Source of the DNA: an uncultured Eubacteriales bacterium
GTDB taxonomy: Bacteria; Bacillota; Clostridia; Christensenellales; DTU072
NCBI GenBank assembly: GCA_902766965.1
Contig: CACXFJ010000033.1
Span: 2,589 to 66,588 of the forward strand
Length of the DNA: 64,000 nt
Direction: 5' to 3'
Position 1 is the first letter of the stretch; each line of letters opens with the position of its first letter. Shown here one piece after another: positions 46,077 through 56,921 of this stretch. The notes beneath the pieces are model-generated. The model ran no database searches. It was given only the letters and a program-made list of their open reading frames with translations, and had not been told where the DNA came from. The position numbers and the translations under genes were made by a program.

Positions 46077-47627
46077 ATGAAAAAAACCTTTCTTTCGGGC
46101 GCGGGAGTATTGGCTCTCAGCGTAATTTTCGCCAAAGTTCTGGGCGCGGCGTACAGAATACCGCTCGCAAATATTCTCGGAACGGACGGAATGGGCTTAT
46201 ATCAGTTCGTTTATCCCGTGTTTGCCCTTTTGCTTACTCTTTCAAGCGGAGCGATACCCACCGCGGTGTCGATTACCGTAAGCAAACTTCTTGCTAACGG
46301 CGATACCGAAGGAGCGAAACGCTCGTTTAACGTGATTTTACGGTTGGCGATAATCGTAGGGTGCGTAGGTACGGGCGTGCTTTTAATCTTAGCGTATCCT
46401 TTATCGAAGTTGCAGTCGGCAGAAGCCTTTTTAGGGTATCTCACGATAGCCCCCGCCGTGTTCATAGTGACGGTAATTTCGGCGTTCAGGGGGTACTTTA
46501 TGGGCAACAAAAATATGGTGCCGAGTTCCGTAAGTCAGATTACCGAAGGGATAGTAAAACTCGGAGTGGGAATAAGTCTGTCGTTACTTTTATTGCCGTA
46601 CGGCTTGAAATACGCCGTGGCGGGAGCGTTGTTCGGGGTGGTGGCGAGCGAGATAGTGACCCTTGCCGTAATGTTTTTTATTTACCTTAAAGAAAAAGGC
46701 GGTTTCGTAAAAATAAAATTATCCGCCGAGAAAGAGTCCGTTAAAGAAGTGGCGAAGATAATTACGCCCCTTATTCTGTGCGGAATAATTCTGCCGCTCA
46801 GTCAATTCCTCGACAGTATTTTTATAGTCAACCTATTGAGAATAAGGTCGCAAGAAAACGCGACGGGACTTTACGGACTGTACGGCGGTGCGGTTACGCC
46901 GCTTATCAATCTGCCCGTAATGGTTTGCATTACGCTCGGTATAGCCGTCACGCCGCAAATGGTGGAGGGCAAGGAAAAACACGACGTGGATTTTATTATG
47001 GACAAGTGTAACGTCGCAACCAAACTTACCTTTATGCTCGGAGTACCGTTCGTGTTCGCGTTCACGTTTATGTCGGAAGGGATAGTAAGTTTGCTTTTCC
47101 CTGCGCTCGGCGGAGAAAAATTGGCTTTGGCGGGAAGTTTACTTCGGATTTCTTCGTCGGGAGTACTCGGATTAAGTCTGTTTCAGATATATTCGGCGAT
47201 GCTGCAAGGACTGAACAAAACGAAAGTTCCCGTCGTTATAATGTCGGTATGTATGGCGGTAAAAACGGTAATTTACGCCCTCCTTACCCCGTACGTCGGA
47301 ATAAAAGGGGTGGCGATAGGGAGCGTGATAGGATACGGGTTGAGCGGCGTTATTATAATGATATATTTTTTTAATTACGTCAGAGTCGGCGACAACCTTA
47401 TGAAAAACGTTAGTCTAATTACCCTTTGCGGTGTTATAATGGGGTTCGTGATATTTATGAGCGACAAGTTTACCGCAGGCAAGGTAGGAGTGGTAATCGT
47501 GGGAGTAGTTTCCGCGGCGGTGTACGCGATAGCGTTGTTTACGCTGAAGGTTTTTTCGCGAGAAGAACTTTTTTCGATGCCGTTAGGGAAGTATCTCGTC
47601 GCCATAGATAAAAAAATTCACGGTTAA
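46077..47627 (+). CDS. MOP-superfamily flippase (SpoVB / YabM-like, MurJ-related)
   Basis: 516 aa with about 14 TM helices. N-terminal FLSGAGVLALSVIFAKVLGAAYRIPLANILG matches the SpoVB/MurJ pattern. Located between spoVT and mazG. Confidence 0.8.
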   Translation: MKKTFLSGAGVLALSVIFAKVLGAAYRIPLANILGTDGMGLYQFVYPVFALLLTLSSGAIPTAVSITVSKLLANGDTEGAKRSFNVILRLAIIVGCVGTGVLLILAYPLSKLQSAEAFLGYLTIAPAVFIVTVISAFRGYFMGNKNMVPSSVSQITEGIVKLGVGISLSLLLLPYGLKYAVAGALFGVVASEIVTLAVMFFIYLKEKGGFVKIKLSAEKESVKEVAKIITPLILCGIILPLSQFLDSIFIVNLLRIRSQENATGLYGLYGGAVTPLINLPVMVCITLGIAVTPQMVEGKEKHDVDFIMDKCNVATKLTFMLGVPFVFAFTFMSEGIVSLLFPALGGEKLALAGSLLRISSSGVLGLSLFQIYSAMLQGLNKTKVPVVIMSVCMAVKTVIYALLTPYVGIKGVAIGSVIGYGLSGVIIMIYFFNYVRVGDNLMKNVSLITLCGVIMGFVIFMSDKFTAGKVGVVIVGVVSAAVYAIALFTLKVFSREELFSMPLGKYLVAIDKKIHG

Positions 47628-47638
47628 GGCAGGGCAGT

Positions 47639-48625
47639 ATGGATTTTAACAGGTTTTCGGGCGAGAGCGTAGCGTTTTACCGCGAAGAAGATTTTTTACA
47701 GAGAAGACATAATCAGTTCGACACGAACGTAAAAACCGTGGTGTTCGAGATAACCGACGCGGAAAAGGTAAAAGCGAAGATAGACAAGCTGTTCGGCGGG
47801 GCGAAGTATGCGGAAAGGGAAGACTACATAGCAATAGAACCCGTGGACACTTTTGCGAAGACTAATTTTAATTTTTCCGATTTGGAAGAGATAGTTTATA
47901 GACTGAGAGACCCCGACGGGTGTCCGTGGGACAGGGCGCAGACGAATAAGACCATAAGAAAAAACATTATAGAAGAAGCGTACGAACTCGTCGAAGCCGT
48001 CGATTCGGACGACAACGAAAAGATGAAAGAAGAGAGCGGCGACGTAATGTTGCAGAGCGTGCTTACTTCGGCAATCGCCGCCGACGAAGGGCGGTTCGAT
48101 ATAGACGACGTGATATCCGGGTTGTGTCGCAAGCTCATTTTTCGTCATACTCACATCTTCGGCAAAGACAAAGCGAACGACGCCGAAGAAGCGTTGAAGT
48201 TCTGGGACAAGGCGAAAGCGAAAGAAAAGCATTACGCGTCGGTAAAAGACAAGGTGGACAGTATCCCCGTCACATTCGGAGCGTTGATGTACGCCAACAA
48301 ACTTCAGAAGTACATAAAAAAGACGGGTTTCGATTTTTCCGATATTCAGGGCGCTGTCGATAAACTTTACGAAGAAGTGGGCGAATTTTTAGCCGCCGAC
48401 GAAAAGAATAAGGAGAACGAAGCGGGGGATATACTTTTCTCTGCGGTCAATATTTTGCGAATGGCGGATATCGACCCCGAAGTCGCCCTTAACGGAACGA
48501 CGGCAAGGTTTAAGAAAAGATTTTTCTACGTTATAGAGCAAGCCGAAAAGCAAGGTAAAAACGTGGAAGACCTTACTCTCGACGAGATGGAAAAATATTA
48601 TCAAGAAAGCAAAAAATACGAATGA
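47639..48625 (+). CDS. mazG: MazG-family nucleoside triphosphate pyrophosphohydrolase (tandem MazG domains)
   Basis: EEAYELVEAV...EESGDVMLQ and EEVGEFLAA...EAGDILFSAV are two EExxE/D metal-binding motifs. The N-terminal ~85 aa have no recognisable motif. Confidence 0.8.
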   Translation: MDFNRFSGESVAFYREEDFLQRRHNQFDTNVKTVVFEITDAEKVKAKIDKLFGGAKYAEREDYIAIEPVDTFAKTNFNFSDLEEIVYRLRDPDGCPWDRAQTNKTIRKNIIEEAYELVEAVDSDDNEKMKEESGDVMLQSVLTSAIAADEGRFDIDDVISGLCRKLIFRHTHIFGKDKANDAEEALKFWDKAKAKEKHYASVKDKVDSIPVTFGALMYANKLQKYIKKTGFDFSDIQGAVDKLYEEVGEFLAADEKNKENEAGDILFSAVNILRMADIDPEVALNGTTARFKKRFFYVIEQAEKQGKNVEDLTLDEMEKYYQESKKYE

Positions 48626-49542
48626 TAACGAATAACGGAACCGACCTTATTTTCGCTCCCGTCGCGGGATACTCCGACGTGGGACTCCGCACTCTCTGCG
48701 CTCGCTACGGCGCGGGGCTTTGCTATACCGAAATGGTGAGCGCGAAAGGACTGCATTACAGGAACAAGAATACGAAAGACCTTTTGTATTTAGGGGCGGA
48801 AGAGAAGAATACCGGGGTCCAGCTATTCGGCTCCGAACCCGAAATAATAGCCGAAGCCATAGCGAGTAAGGAACTTGAAAAGTTCGGAATAGTAGACCTT
48901 AATATGGGGTGTCCGGTACCCAAAATCGTAAATAACGGCGAAGGCAGCGCGTTGATGAAATCGCCTGACAAGATATATTCCATAGTGAAAGCTGCGGCGG
49001 AAGTCAAAAAAAACAAACTTCTTACCGTCAAGATTAGAGCAGGATATTTTAACGGCTACGAAAACGCCGACGAGTGCGCCGCGGCTATTGAAAGCGCGGG
49101 AGCGGATATGGTGACGGTACACGGCAGAACGAGAGAAATGTTCTATTCCGGCAAAGCCGATTTAGGTATTATCGCGAAAGTAAAAAACGCGGTAAGAATC
49201 CCCGTCTGCGGCAACGGCGACGTAACGGACAGGGAAAGCTATTTAAGAATGAAAGAAACGACGGGCGTCGATTACGTAATGATAGCGAGAGGAGCCTTCG
49301 GCAGACCGTACGTTTTTTCCGAAGTTCAGGGCAAGGAATACGACTTTAATATAAAGAAAGCGATAAACGAGCATATAGATTTGTTGAGCTTTTTACCTGA
49401 AAGAACGGTCGTGAACTGTATGAAAAAGCATATCGCTTTTTATCTCAAAGGTCTTCCCGGGCAAAAAAAAGTAAAAGAAAAAGTGTTCTCGGCACAAAAA
49501 ATCGAGGAGTTGCGTACTTTGATTGACGGTCTTGCCGAGTGA
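48622..49542 (+). CDS. dusB: tRNA-dihydrouridine synthase
   Basis: FAPVAGYSDVGLRTLC, DLNMGCPVPKIV (catalytic Cys) and VHGRTREMFYSG. ATGA overlap with mazG. Confidence 0.9.
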   Translation: MITNNGTDLIFAPVAGYSDVGLRTLCARYGAGLCYTEMVSAKGLHYRNKNTKDLLYLGAEEKNTGVQLFGSEPEIIAEAIASKELEKFGIVDLNMGCPVPKIVNNGEGSALMKSPDKIYSIVKAAAEVKKNKLLTVKIRAGYFNGYENADECAAAIESAGADMVTVHGRTREMFYSGKADLGIIAKVKNAVRIPVCGNGDVTDRESYLRMKETTGVDYVMIARGAFGRPYVFSEVQGKEYDFNIKKAINEHIDLLSFLPERTVVNCMKKHIAFYLKGLPGQKKVKEKVFSAQKIEELRTLIDGLAE

Positions 49543-49594
49543 GGGGTATAATGGCGGAAAAAATATTCGCTGAAAGCCTAACGGGAGATATAAA

Positions 49595-50665
49595 ATGAAA
49601 GTATACAATTTTGCGGCAGGACCGTCCATGATGGCGGACGAAGTCAAGCGCGCGGCACAAAGAGATTTTTTGGATTATAACGGGAGCGGAATGAGCGTGG
49701 TAGAGATGAGCCACCGTTCCAAATGGTACGACGAAATTCATAACGAGGCGTTATCTTCGTTCAGAGAGCTTATGAAAGTTCCCGACGATTATTACGTTTT
49801 GTTTTTGCAGGGCGGAGCCTCGATGCAGTTCGAAGCCGTACCGCTTAACCTTTTACAAAAAGGCAGAGCCGACTATATAGTCACCGGCAATTTTTCAAAC
49901 AAGGCGTACAAGGAAGCCGTTAAATACGGCGATATAGCTTGCGTGGCGAGCAGTAAGGAAGATAATTACACCTATATTCCCGACGTGGATAAAATAAGTT
50001 TCCGAGGGGATACCGATTACGTGCATATCACGGCTAACAATACGATTTTCGGCACGAAGTACGAAAAATACCCCGACGTAAACAATCTCGTCGCGGACAT
50101 GAGCAGTATGATTTTGAGCGAACCCGTAGACGTAAGCAGATTTAACCTTATTTACGCGGGCGCGCAAAAAAACGTAGGCCCGGCGGGACTTACCATAGTC
50201 ATAGTAAGGAAAGACCTTATAAACAATCCTATGCCGATTTGCCCGACTATGTTAAGATATTCCACCCAAGCGGAAAACAACAGCCTGTACAACACGCCCC
50301 CCGCCTTTTCCATATATATGGCGATGCTCAATTTCAGGTGGTTAAAAAAGATTGGCGGCGTGGAGGCGATATACGAAAAAAATAAGTATAAAGCGAAGTT
50401 GCTGTACGACTTTATCGATAATTCCGACTTTTACACTAACCCCGTAAGAGCCTGCGACCGCTCTATTATGAACGTTCCGTTCGTGACCCCTGATAAGGAC
50501 CTTGACGCGAAGTTCGTAAAGGAAGCGACGGAAAGAGGGCTCGTATCCTTAAAAGGACACAGATTAGTGGGCGGAATGAGAGCGAGTATCTACAACGCAA
50601 TGCCGGTGGAGGGAGTAAAGGCTCTCATCGACTTTATGAAAGATTTTGAAAAGGAGAACGGGTAA
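49595..50665 (+). CDS. serC: Phosphoserine aminotransferase
   Basis: KVYNFAAGPSMM N-terminus, GAQKNVGPAGLTIVIV (PLP lysine region), GGMRASIYNAMP. Confidence 0.95.
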   Translation: MKVYNFAAGPSMMADEVKRAAQRDFLDYNGSGMSVVEMSHRSKWYDEIHNEALSSFRELMKVPDDYYVLFLQGGASMQFEAVPLNLLQKGRADYIVTGNFSNKAYKEAVKYGDIACVASSKEDNYTYIPDVDKISFRGDTDYVHITANNTIFGTKYEKYPDVNNLVADMSSMILSEPVDVSRFNLIYAGAQKNVGPAGLTIVIVRKDLINNPMPICPTMLRYSTQAENNSLYNTPPAFSIYMAMLNFRWLKKIGGVEAIYEKNKYKAKLLYDFIDNSDFYTNPVRACDRSIMNVPFVTPDKDLDAKFVKEATERGLVSLKGHRLVGGMRASIYNAMPVEGVKALIDFMKDFEKENG

Positions 50666-51769
50666 ATGTACGGGATAAAGAAGTTAAATAAAATAAGCCC
50701 CGTAATAGAAGAGGTCTTCGACGAAAAGTACAGTATAAGCGACGACGAAACCGACCCCGTCGGGATAATTGTAAGAAGTTACGATATGTCGGACTACGCC
50801 GTAAATAATAATCTTCTCGCGATAGGCAGAGCGGGTGCGGGGGTAAACAATATTCCCGTGCGGAAAATGACGGAAAAAGGCATAGTCGTGTTCAACACTC
50901 CCGGGGCTAACGCCAACGCGGTAAAGGAGCTTACCGTCTTAGCCATGCTTTTGGCTTCACGCGACGTAATCGGCAGCAATTTATGGGTAAACTCGTTGGA
51001 AACCGACGTCGCGAAAACCGCCGAAAAAGGCAAATCTCGGTTTGCGGGAAGAGAAATATTCGGGAAAAAGGTAGGAGTAGTAGGTTTAGGAGCTATCGGC
51101 GTACTCGTCGGCAACGCCTGCGTAAATTTAGGTATGGAAGTAGTAGGTTACGACCCGTATCTTACCGATAGTAACCGTGAAAAACTCGATAAAAGGATAA
51201 AGTTAGCGGGTTTGGACGAAGTTTTGTCGGAAAGCGATATAATTACCCTGCACCTACCCTTACTCGACGGCACGAAGAATTTAATCGACGATAAAGCCGT
51301 GGAGAAGATGAAAAACGGCGTAATTTTAATAAATATGAGCAGGGGCGGTTTAGTAGATTTCGACGCGGTAAAGAAAGGTATAGCCTGCGGCAAAATAGCT
51401 AAATACGTCGTAGACTTCCCCGACGAAAAGGTGATAAGGCAGGAAAACGTAATAGTTTTTCCGCATCTCGGAGCAAGCACGGACGAGGCGGAAGACAACT
51501 GCGCAAGGTCTGCGGCGGAACAGCTGAAAGACTATATCGAGAACGGCAACGTATTGCACGGCGTGAATTTTCCGTCGGTGAATAAACCGAGAACCGACAA
51601 AATAAGAACCTGCGTTTTCGCCACGACGGCAGCGAAAGAGTATCTCGAAAATTTACCTTACGACAAAGTTATCGGAGAAAAGAACGGTTACGTTTACGCA
51701 ATAATCGACGCGGCGGAAGACATAAAATCAGCCGCCGACGGAATAATAAGAGTAAGAAAAATCGTTTAG
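50666..51769 (+). CDS. serA: D-3-phosphoglycerate dehydrogenase (D-2-hydroxyacid dehydrogenase family)
   Basis: NAD-binding VGVVGLGAIGVLVG and catalytic RGGLVD...FPHLGAST. Start immediately follows the serC stop. Confidence 0.85.
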   Translation: MYGIKKLNKISPVIEEVFDEKYSISDDETDPVGIIVRSYDMSDYAVNNNLLAIGRAGAGVNNIPVRKMTEKGIVVFNTPGANANAVKELTVLAMLLASRDVIGSNLWVNSLETDVAKTAEKGKSRFAGREIFGKKVGVVGLGAIGVLVGNACVNLGMEVVGYDPYLTDSNREKLDKRIKLAGLDEVLSESDIITLHLPLLDGTKNLIDDKAVEKMKNGVILINMSRGGLVDFDAVKKGIACGKIAKYVVDFPDEKVIRQENVIVFPHLGASTDEAEDNCARSAAEQLKDYIENGNVLHGVNFPSVNKPRTDKIRTCVFATTAAKEYLENLPYDKVIGEKNGYVYAIIDAAEDIKSAADGIIRVRKIV

Positions 51770-51800
51770 AAAATTTTAATTAAACCGTTTATAAAGTTAC

Positions 51801-51836
51801 TTCCCGACGACAACCGAAATCGTCGGGAAATTTTTA
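51801..51836 (+). terminator. Rho-independent terminator after serA
   Basis: Perfect 10-bp stem TTCCCGACGA / TCGTCGGGAA, 9-nt loop, then ATTTTT. Confidence 0.85.
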
Positions 51837-51909
51837 TGCATATCCGCGGCGTATAAAGGTTCGCGAAGGGCGTTTTTTTCGTGAAAATAAAATTTTTATC
51901 CCGTCGTTA

Positions 51910-51938
51910 TTGACGGTTTATACTTACGGTTGTATAAT
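51910..51938 (+). promoter_or_regulatory. Sigma-A promoter of the ABC-2 exporter operon
   Basis: TTGACG, 17-nt spacer, TATAAT, with a TG extended -10. Confidence 0.6.
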
Positions 51939-51998
51939 TAAGGGCGATTATAAGGGGAAGTCCGAAAAGGATTTTTTTGAAAGAAGGAACTTATAAGT

Positions 51999-52907
51999 AT
52001 GGAAAATATCATCGAAATAAAAAATCTCGACAAGTCGTTCAAAGAGGTCCACGCGGTCAACGATTTATCGTTCAACGTAAAGAGAGGGGAGCTTTTCGCT
52101 TTTCTCGGAGTGAACGGCGCGGGGAAGTCCACTACGATATCCATTATGTGCGGCACGCTCAAAAAAGATAACGGGAGCGTAGTTATAGACGGATATTCCG
52201 CAGATACCGATATGAAAAAAATCACCGAAGAAATAGGAGTCGTTTTCCAAAACTCGGTGCTTGACGGCGTGCTTACGGTTAAAGACAATCTCTATTCGAG
52301 AGCGAGCCTTTACGGAATAACAGGTAAAGAAGCGAAAGCTAAGATAGACGAACTGTCGAAACTGCTCGACTTCGAGAACCTTATGAACAGAACTTTATGC
52401 AAACTGTCGGGCGGACAGAGAAGAAGAATCGACGTGGCGAGAGCATTGTTGCACGATCCGAAAATTCTCATTCTGGACGAGCCGACTACCGGGCTCGACC
52501 CGCAAACGAGAAAAATTCTTTGGCAGGTAGTGGAAGATTACAGAAAGAGCAAAGGTATGACGGTTTTCCTCACCACGCACTATATGGAAGAAGCCGCCGA
52601 CGCCGACTACGTCGTGATACTCGATTCCGGAAAAATATCCGCCGAAGGCACGCCGCTCGAACTTAAAAATAAATACACGGGCGATTTCGTGACGGTCTAC
52701 AACGCCGACGAAGAGAGGATAAAGAGCCTTAACCTTCCTTACGAAAAGATAAGAGACGCTTTCCGTATAGAGGTAAAGGACACCGAAGCCGCCCGTGACC
52801 TTATCGTGGCTCATCCGGAACTTTTTACCGATTTTGAAATAACCAAAGGCAAGATGGACGACGTATTTTTGGCGGTTACGAGTAAAAAACTCGTGGGAGG
52901 GAACTGA
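51999..52907 (+). CDS. ABC transporter ATP-binding protein (ABC-2 / DrrA-like exporter subfamily)
   Basis: Walker A GVNGAGKST, signature LSGGQRRRIDVARA, Walker B ILILDEPTTGLD. Confidence 0.9.
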   Translation: MENIIEIKNLDKSFKEVHAVNDLSFNVKRGELFAFLGVNGAGKSTTISIMCGTLKKDNGSVVIDGYSADTDMKKITEEIGVVFQNSVLDGVLTVKDNLYSRASLYGITGKEAKAKIDELSKLLDFENLMNRTLCKLSGGQRRRIDVARALLHDPKILILDEPTTGLDPQTRKILWQVVEDYRKSKGMTVFLTTHYMEEAADADYVVILDSGKISAEGTPLELKNKYTGDFVTVYNADEERIKSLNLPYEKIRDAFRIEVKDTEAARDLIVAHPELFTDFEITKGKMDDVFLAVTSKKLVGGN

Positions 52908-52909
52908 CG

Positions 52910-53806
52910 ATGAAAACCTTTCTTGCAATGACTAAAAGGAATATAAAGGTATTTTTCAAGGACAAAGGAATGTTCTTTGCTTCCTTGATTACGCCGTTAC
53001 TGCTTCTTATTTTGTACGCAACTTTCCTTGCGAAAGTGTACAAAGACAGTTTTAACAGTGCATTGCCCGACTTTATATCGGTATCGGAAAAGTTAGTAAA
53101 CGGCACCGTCGCGGGAGAACTTTTTTCTTCCATATTAGCGGTATGCTGCGTGACGGTAGCATTTTGTTCCAACACTCTTATGGCGGCGGATAAGGTGAGC
53201 GGCGCGAGAAAAGATTTGTTCATCACTCCCGTCAAAAAGTCCGTTATCGCGTTGTCATATTACGTCGGGACTCTTTTGACTACCCTTATAGTCATAGCGG
53301 TGGCAATGGGCGCTTGCTTTATTTACATCGCGGTCAACGGGTGGTTCCTTACTTTCGGCGACGTAATGCTCCTCATTCTCGACGTGTTTTTACTGTCGCT
53401 TTTCGGCACGGCGTTTTCTTGTATAATAAATTCGTTTTTGAAGACGCAAGGACAGATTTCGGCGGTAGGCACGGTAATTTCGGCGGGGTACGGCTTCATT
53501 TGCGGCGCGTATATGCCCATATCTAATTTCGGGAGCGGACTTCAGAAGACTCTTTCGTTGTTGCCCGGGACTTACGGCACGTCGCTTATAAGAAACCACG
53601 CTTTGAGGGGAGTCTTCGCGGAGATGACGAAGGAAAACTTTCCGCCCGAAGTTATCGAAGGTATTAAGGACAGCGTGGACTGTAATATTAAATTTTTCGG
53701 ACGCGCGGTAAGCATATCCGCTATGTACGCGATAATCTGCGCGTCGATAGCGGTTCTTATAGGAGTCTACGTCCTTATAAACGTGCTCGATAAAAAAGCC
53801 GATTAA
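52910..53806 (+). CDS. ABC-2 type transporter permease
   Basis: 298 aa with six TM helices, placed immediately after the ATPase gene with a GGGAGGG RBS. Confidence 0.8.
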   Translation: MKTFLAMTKRNIKVFFKDKGMFFASLITPLLLLILYATFLAKVYKDSFNSALPDFISVSEKLVNGTVAGELFSSILAVCCVTVAFCSNTLMAADKVSGARKDLFITPVKKSVIALSYYVGTLLTTLIVIAVAMGACFIYIAVNGWFLTFGDVMLLILDVFLLSLFGTAFSCIINSFLKTQGQISAVGTVISAGYGFICGAYMPISNFGSGLQKTLSLLPGTYGTSLIRNHALRGVFAEMTKENFPPEVIEGIKDSVDCNIKFFGRAVSISAMYAIICASIAVLIGVYVLINVLDKKAD

Positions 53807-53833
53807 ATAAAAAACTATAATTTACCGCAATAA

Positions 53834-53870
53834 AAAGACCGTTTCCGAAAAGAAACGGTCTTTGTTTTCG
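53834..53870. terminator. Bidirectional terminator between the ABC-2 permease gene and the 93-aa gene
   Basis: Perfect 12-bp stem AAAGACCGTTTC / GAAACGGTCTTT, with an A-run on the 5' side and TTTGTTTT on the 3' side. Confidence 0.85.
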
Positions 53871-53884
53871 TGCGACGAAAAGGA

Positions 53885-54166
53885 TTATTCTTCTCCTTTA
53901 AGGTATTTTATTTCCAAAGTTTTCGCGCGGTCGACGAACAACTCTTCGTAAAGGTCGTGCCATACGCCGTTGTCGATTTCGAGTATGCCGATTTCCTGTT
54001 CGATTTTTTCGGGGTCGTCGGCGTACTTTTTCTGAATTTTTGCGATGAGCCTGTTCTTTTTTTCTTCGAGTTTCCGATACTGCTTATCTCGTTTAGCGGT
54101 TATTTTATCCATTTCGACTTTGTAAGCCGCGTGTCTTTCTTCTTCGGTCAAAACTTTTTTTGCCAT
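53885..54166 (-). CDS. Small highly charged (K/E-rich, probably helical) protein, unknown function
   Basis: 93-aa ORF with AAGGAG RBS. It has its own TTGACA-17-TAAAAT promoter (54190-54218, minus strand) and a terminator. No recognisable motif. Confidence 0.6.
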   Translation of the reverse strand: MAKKVLTEEERHAAYKVEMDKITAKRDKQYRKLEEKKNRLIAKIQKKYADDPEKIEQEIGILEIDNGVWHDLYEELFVDRAKTLEIKYLKGEE

Positions 54167-54261
54167 AATAAAAATCTCCTTACCGATATATTTTAAGGGA
54201 AGTTCTCTTTTTTGTCAATATACGCTTTTCGGCGTAAAGCTATATGCCGCCACTCCTGTAT

Positions 54262-55781
<1,520 letters not shown>

Positions 55782-55906
55782 GCGTTACGGAGAGCCGTAT
55801 TATATGGCGGCGGATTATGCAAAAAGCAGACTCGTTCGACCGAATTCCCGTCGTTTGTCTATTTTTCGCAGAATTTTGCAGGCGAGATATATTTATAATG
55901 TGAGCT

Positions 55907-56686
55907 ATGGGAAGAAAAATTTTGATTACGGGCGGAAAAGGCGGAGTGGGTAAGACCTCTTTCACGGCGTCGATAGGGCGGTGCCTTGGTTTAGTCGGCA
56001 AAAAGACCGTACTTGTCGACGGCGATATAGGACTAAATAATCTCGACGTAGCCTTGAACGCCGAAGATAAAATTATTTACGACGTGGGCGACGTGGCGAG
56101 CGGAAAGGCGACTATCGGTCAGGCTCTTATAAAAATAGAACCTAACCTTTACCTTATGCCGAGCGTGACGGCGTGTTCTTCTTTCGTGACCGACGAAATC
56201 TTCAAGGAAATAATAGACGAAGTCGCTACCGAGGCCGATTACGTCTTTATTGACTGCCCGGCGGGGGTGGAGCGTAACTTTTTACGGGCGGCGAAATGCA
56301 CCGACGAAAGTATCATAGTGACCACGCCGCACTTGTCGGGAGTAAGAGACGGGTATAAGACCGCGAAAATTCTCGCAGGATTAGGATATAACGAACAATC
56401 TCTCGTGGTAAACAGAGTAAAGTACGGCAACGTCGAAAAAAATCTTTCGTTAAGTCCGGAGGAAATTGCCGAGGCTATGCGACTGGAACTTATCGGAATA
56501 ATCCCCGAAAGCGGCAACGTGGACGTAAGCGGTATAGCCGACGTATCGTCGAAAAAAGACCCCGCCGCTATTTCGTACCGAATGATAGCGGACTATCTTA
56601 TCGGGCGAGGGAAAAGACTTTTCGACTACCGAAAAAACGGCAGGTCGTTAAGGTCTGTTATCGGCAGAATAAAGGAATCGTTATGA
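55907..56686 (+). CDS. minD: Septum site-determining ATPase MinD
   Basis: Deviant Walker A GGKGGVGKTS, DCPAG switch region, C-terminal amphipathic tail LRSVIGRIKESL. Confidence 0.9.
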   Translation: MGRKILITGGKGGVGKTSFTASIGRCLGLVGKKTVLVDGDIGLNNLDVALNAEDKIIYDVGDVASGKATIGQALIKIEPNLYLMPSVTACSSFVTDEIFKEIIDEVATEADYVFIDCPAGVERNFLRAAKCTDESIIVTTPHLSGVRDGYKTAKILAGLGYNEQSLVVNRVKYGNVEKNLSLSPEEIAEAMRLELIGIIPESGNVDVSGIADVSSKKDPAAISYRMIADYLIGRGKRLFDYRKNGRSLRSVIGRIKESL

Positions 56687-56919
56687 GCGGAACAAACGAC
56701 TTTTTGAGATTAAAGAAGATATTAAATAACGACGATAAGGGTATCCCTAACGAGGTTTTGGAGATACTGAAATCGGATATTAGGAAAATATTTACCGAAT
56801 ACTTCGTTCTTGGCGAAGAGAATATCGACGTGTCGTACGAATACGATAAAGAGGGGGGATATAAAATAGCCGTCGCGTGTTTTGCGACGGCTGTCAAGAA
56901 AGTGACCGTATTCCGATAG
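56683..56919 (+). CDS. minE: Cell division topological specificity factor MinE
   Basis: 78 aa. ATGA overlap with minD. The central EVLEILKSDIRKIFTEYF segment matches the MinE pattern. Confidence 0.75.
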   Translation: MSGTNDFLRLKKILNNDDKGIPNEVLEILKSDIRKIFTEYFVLGEENIDVSYEYDKEGGYKIAVACFATAVKKVTVFR

Positions 56920-56921
56920 AC

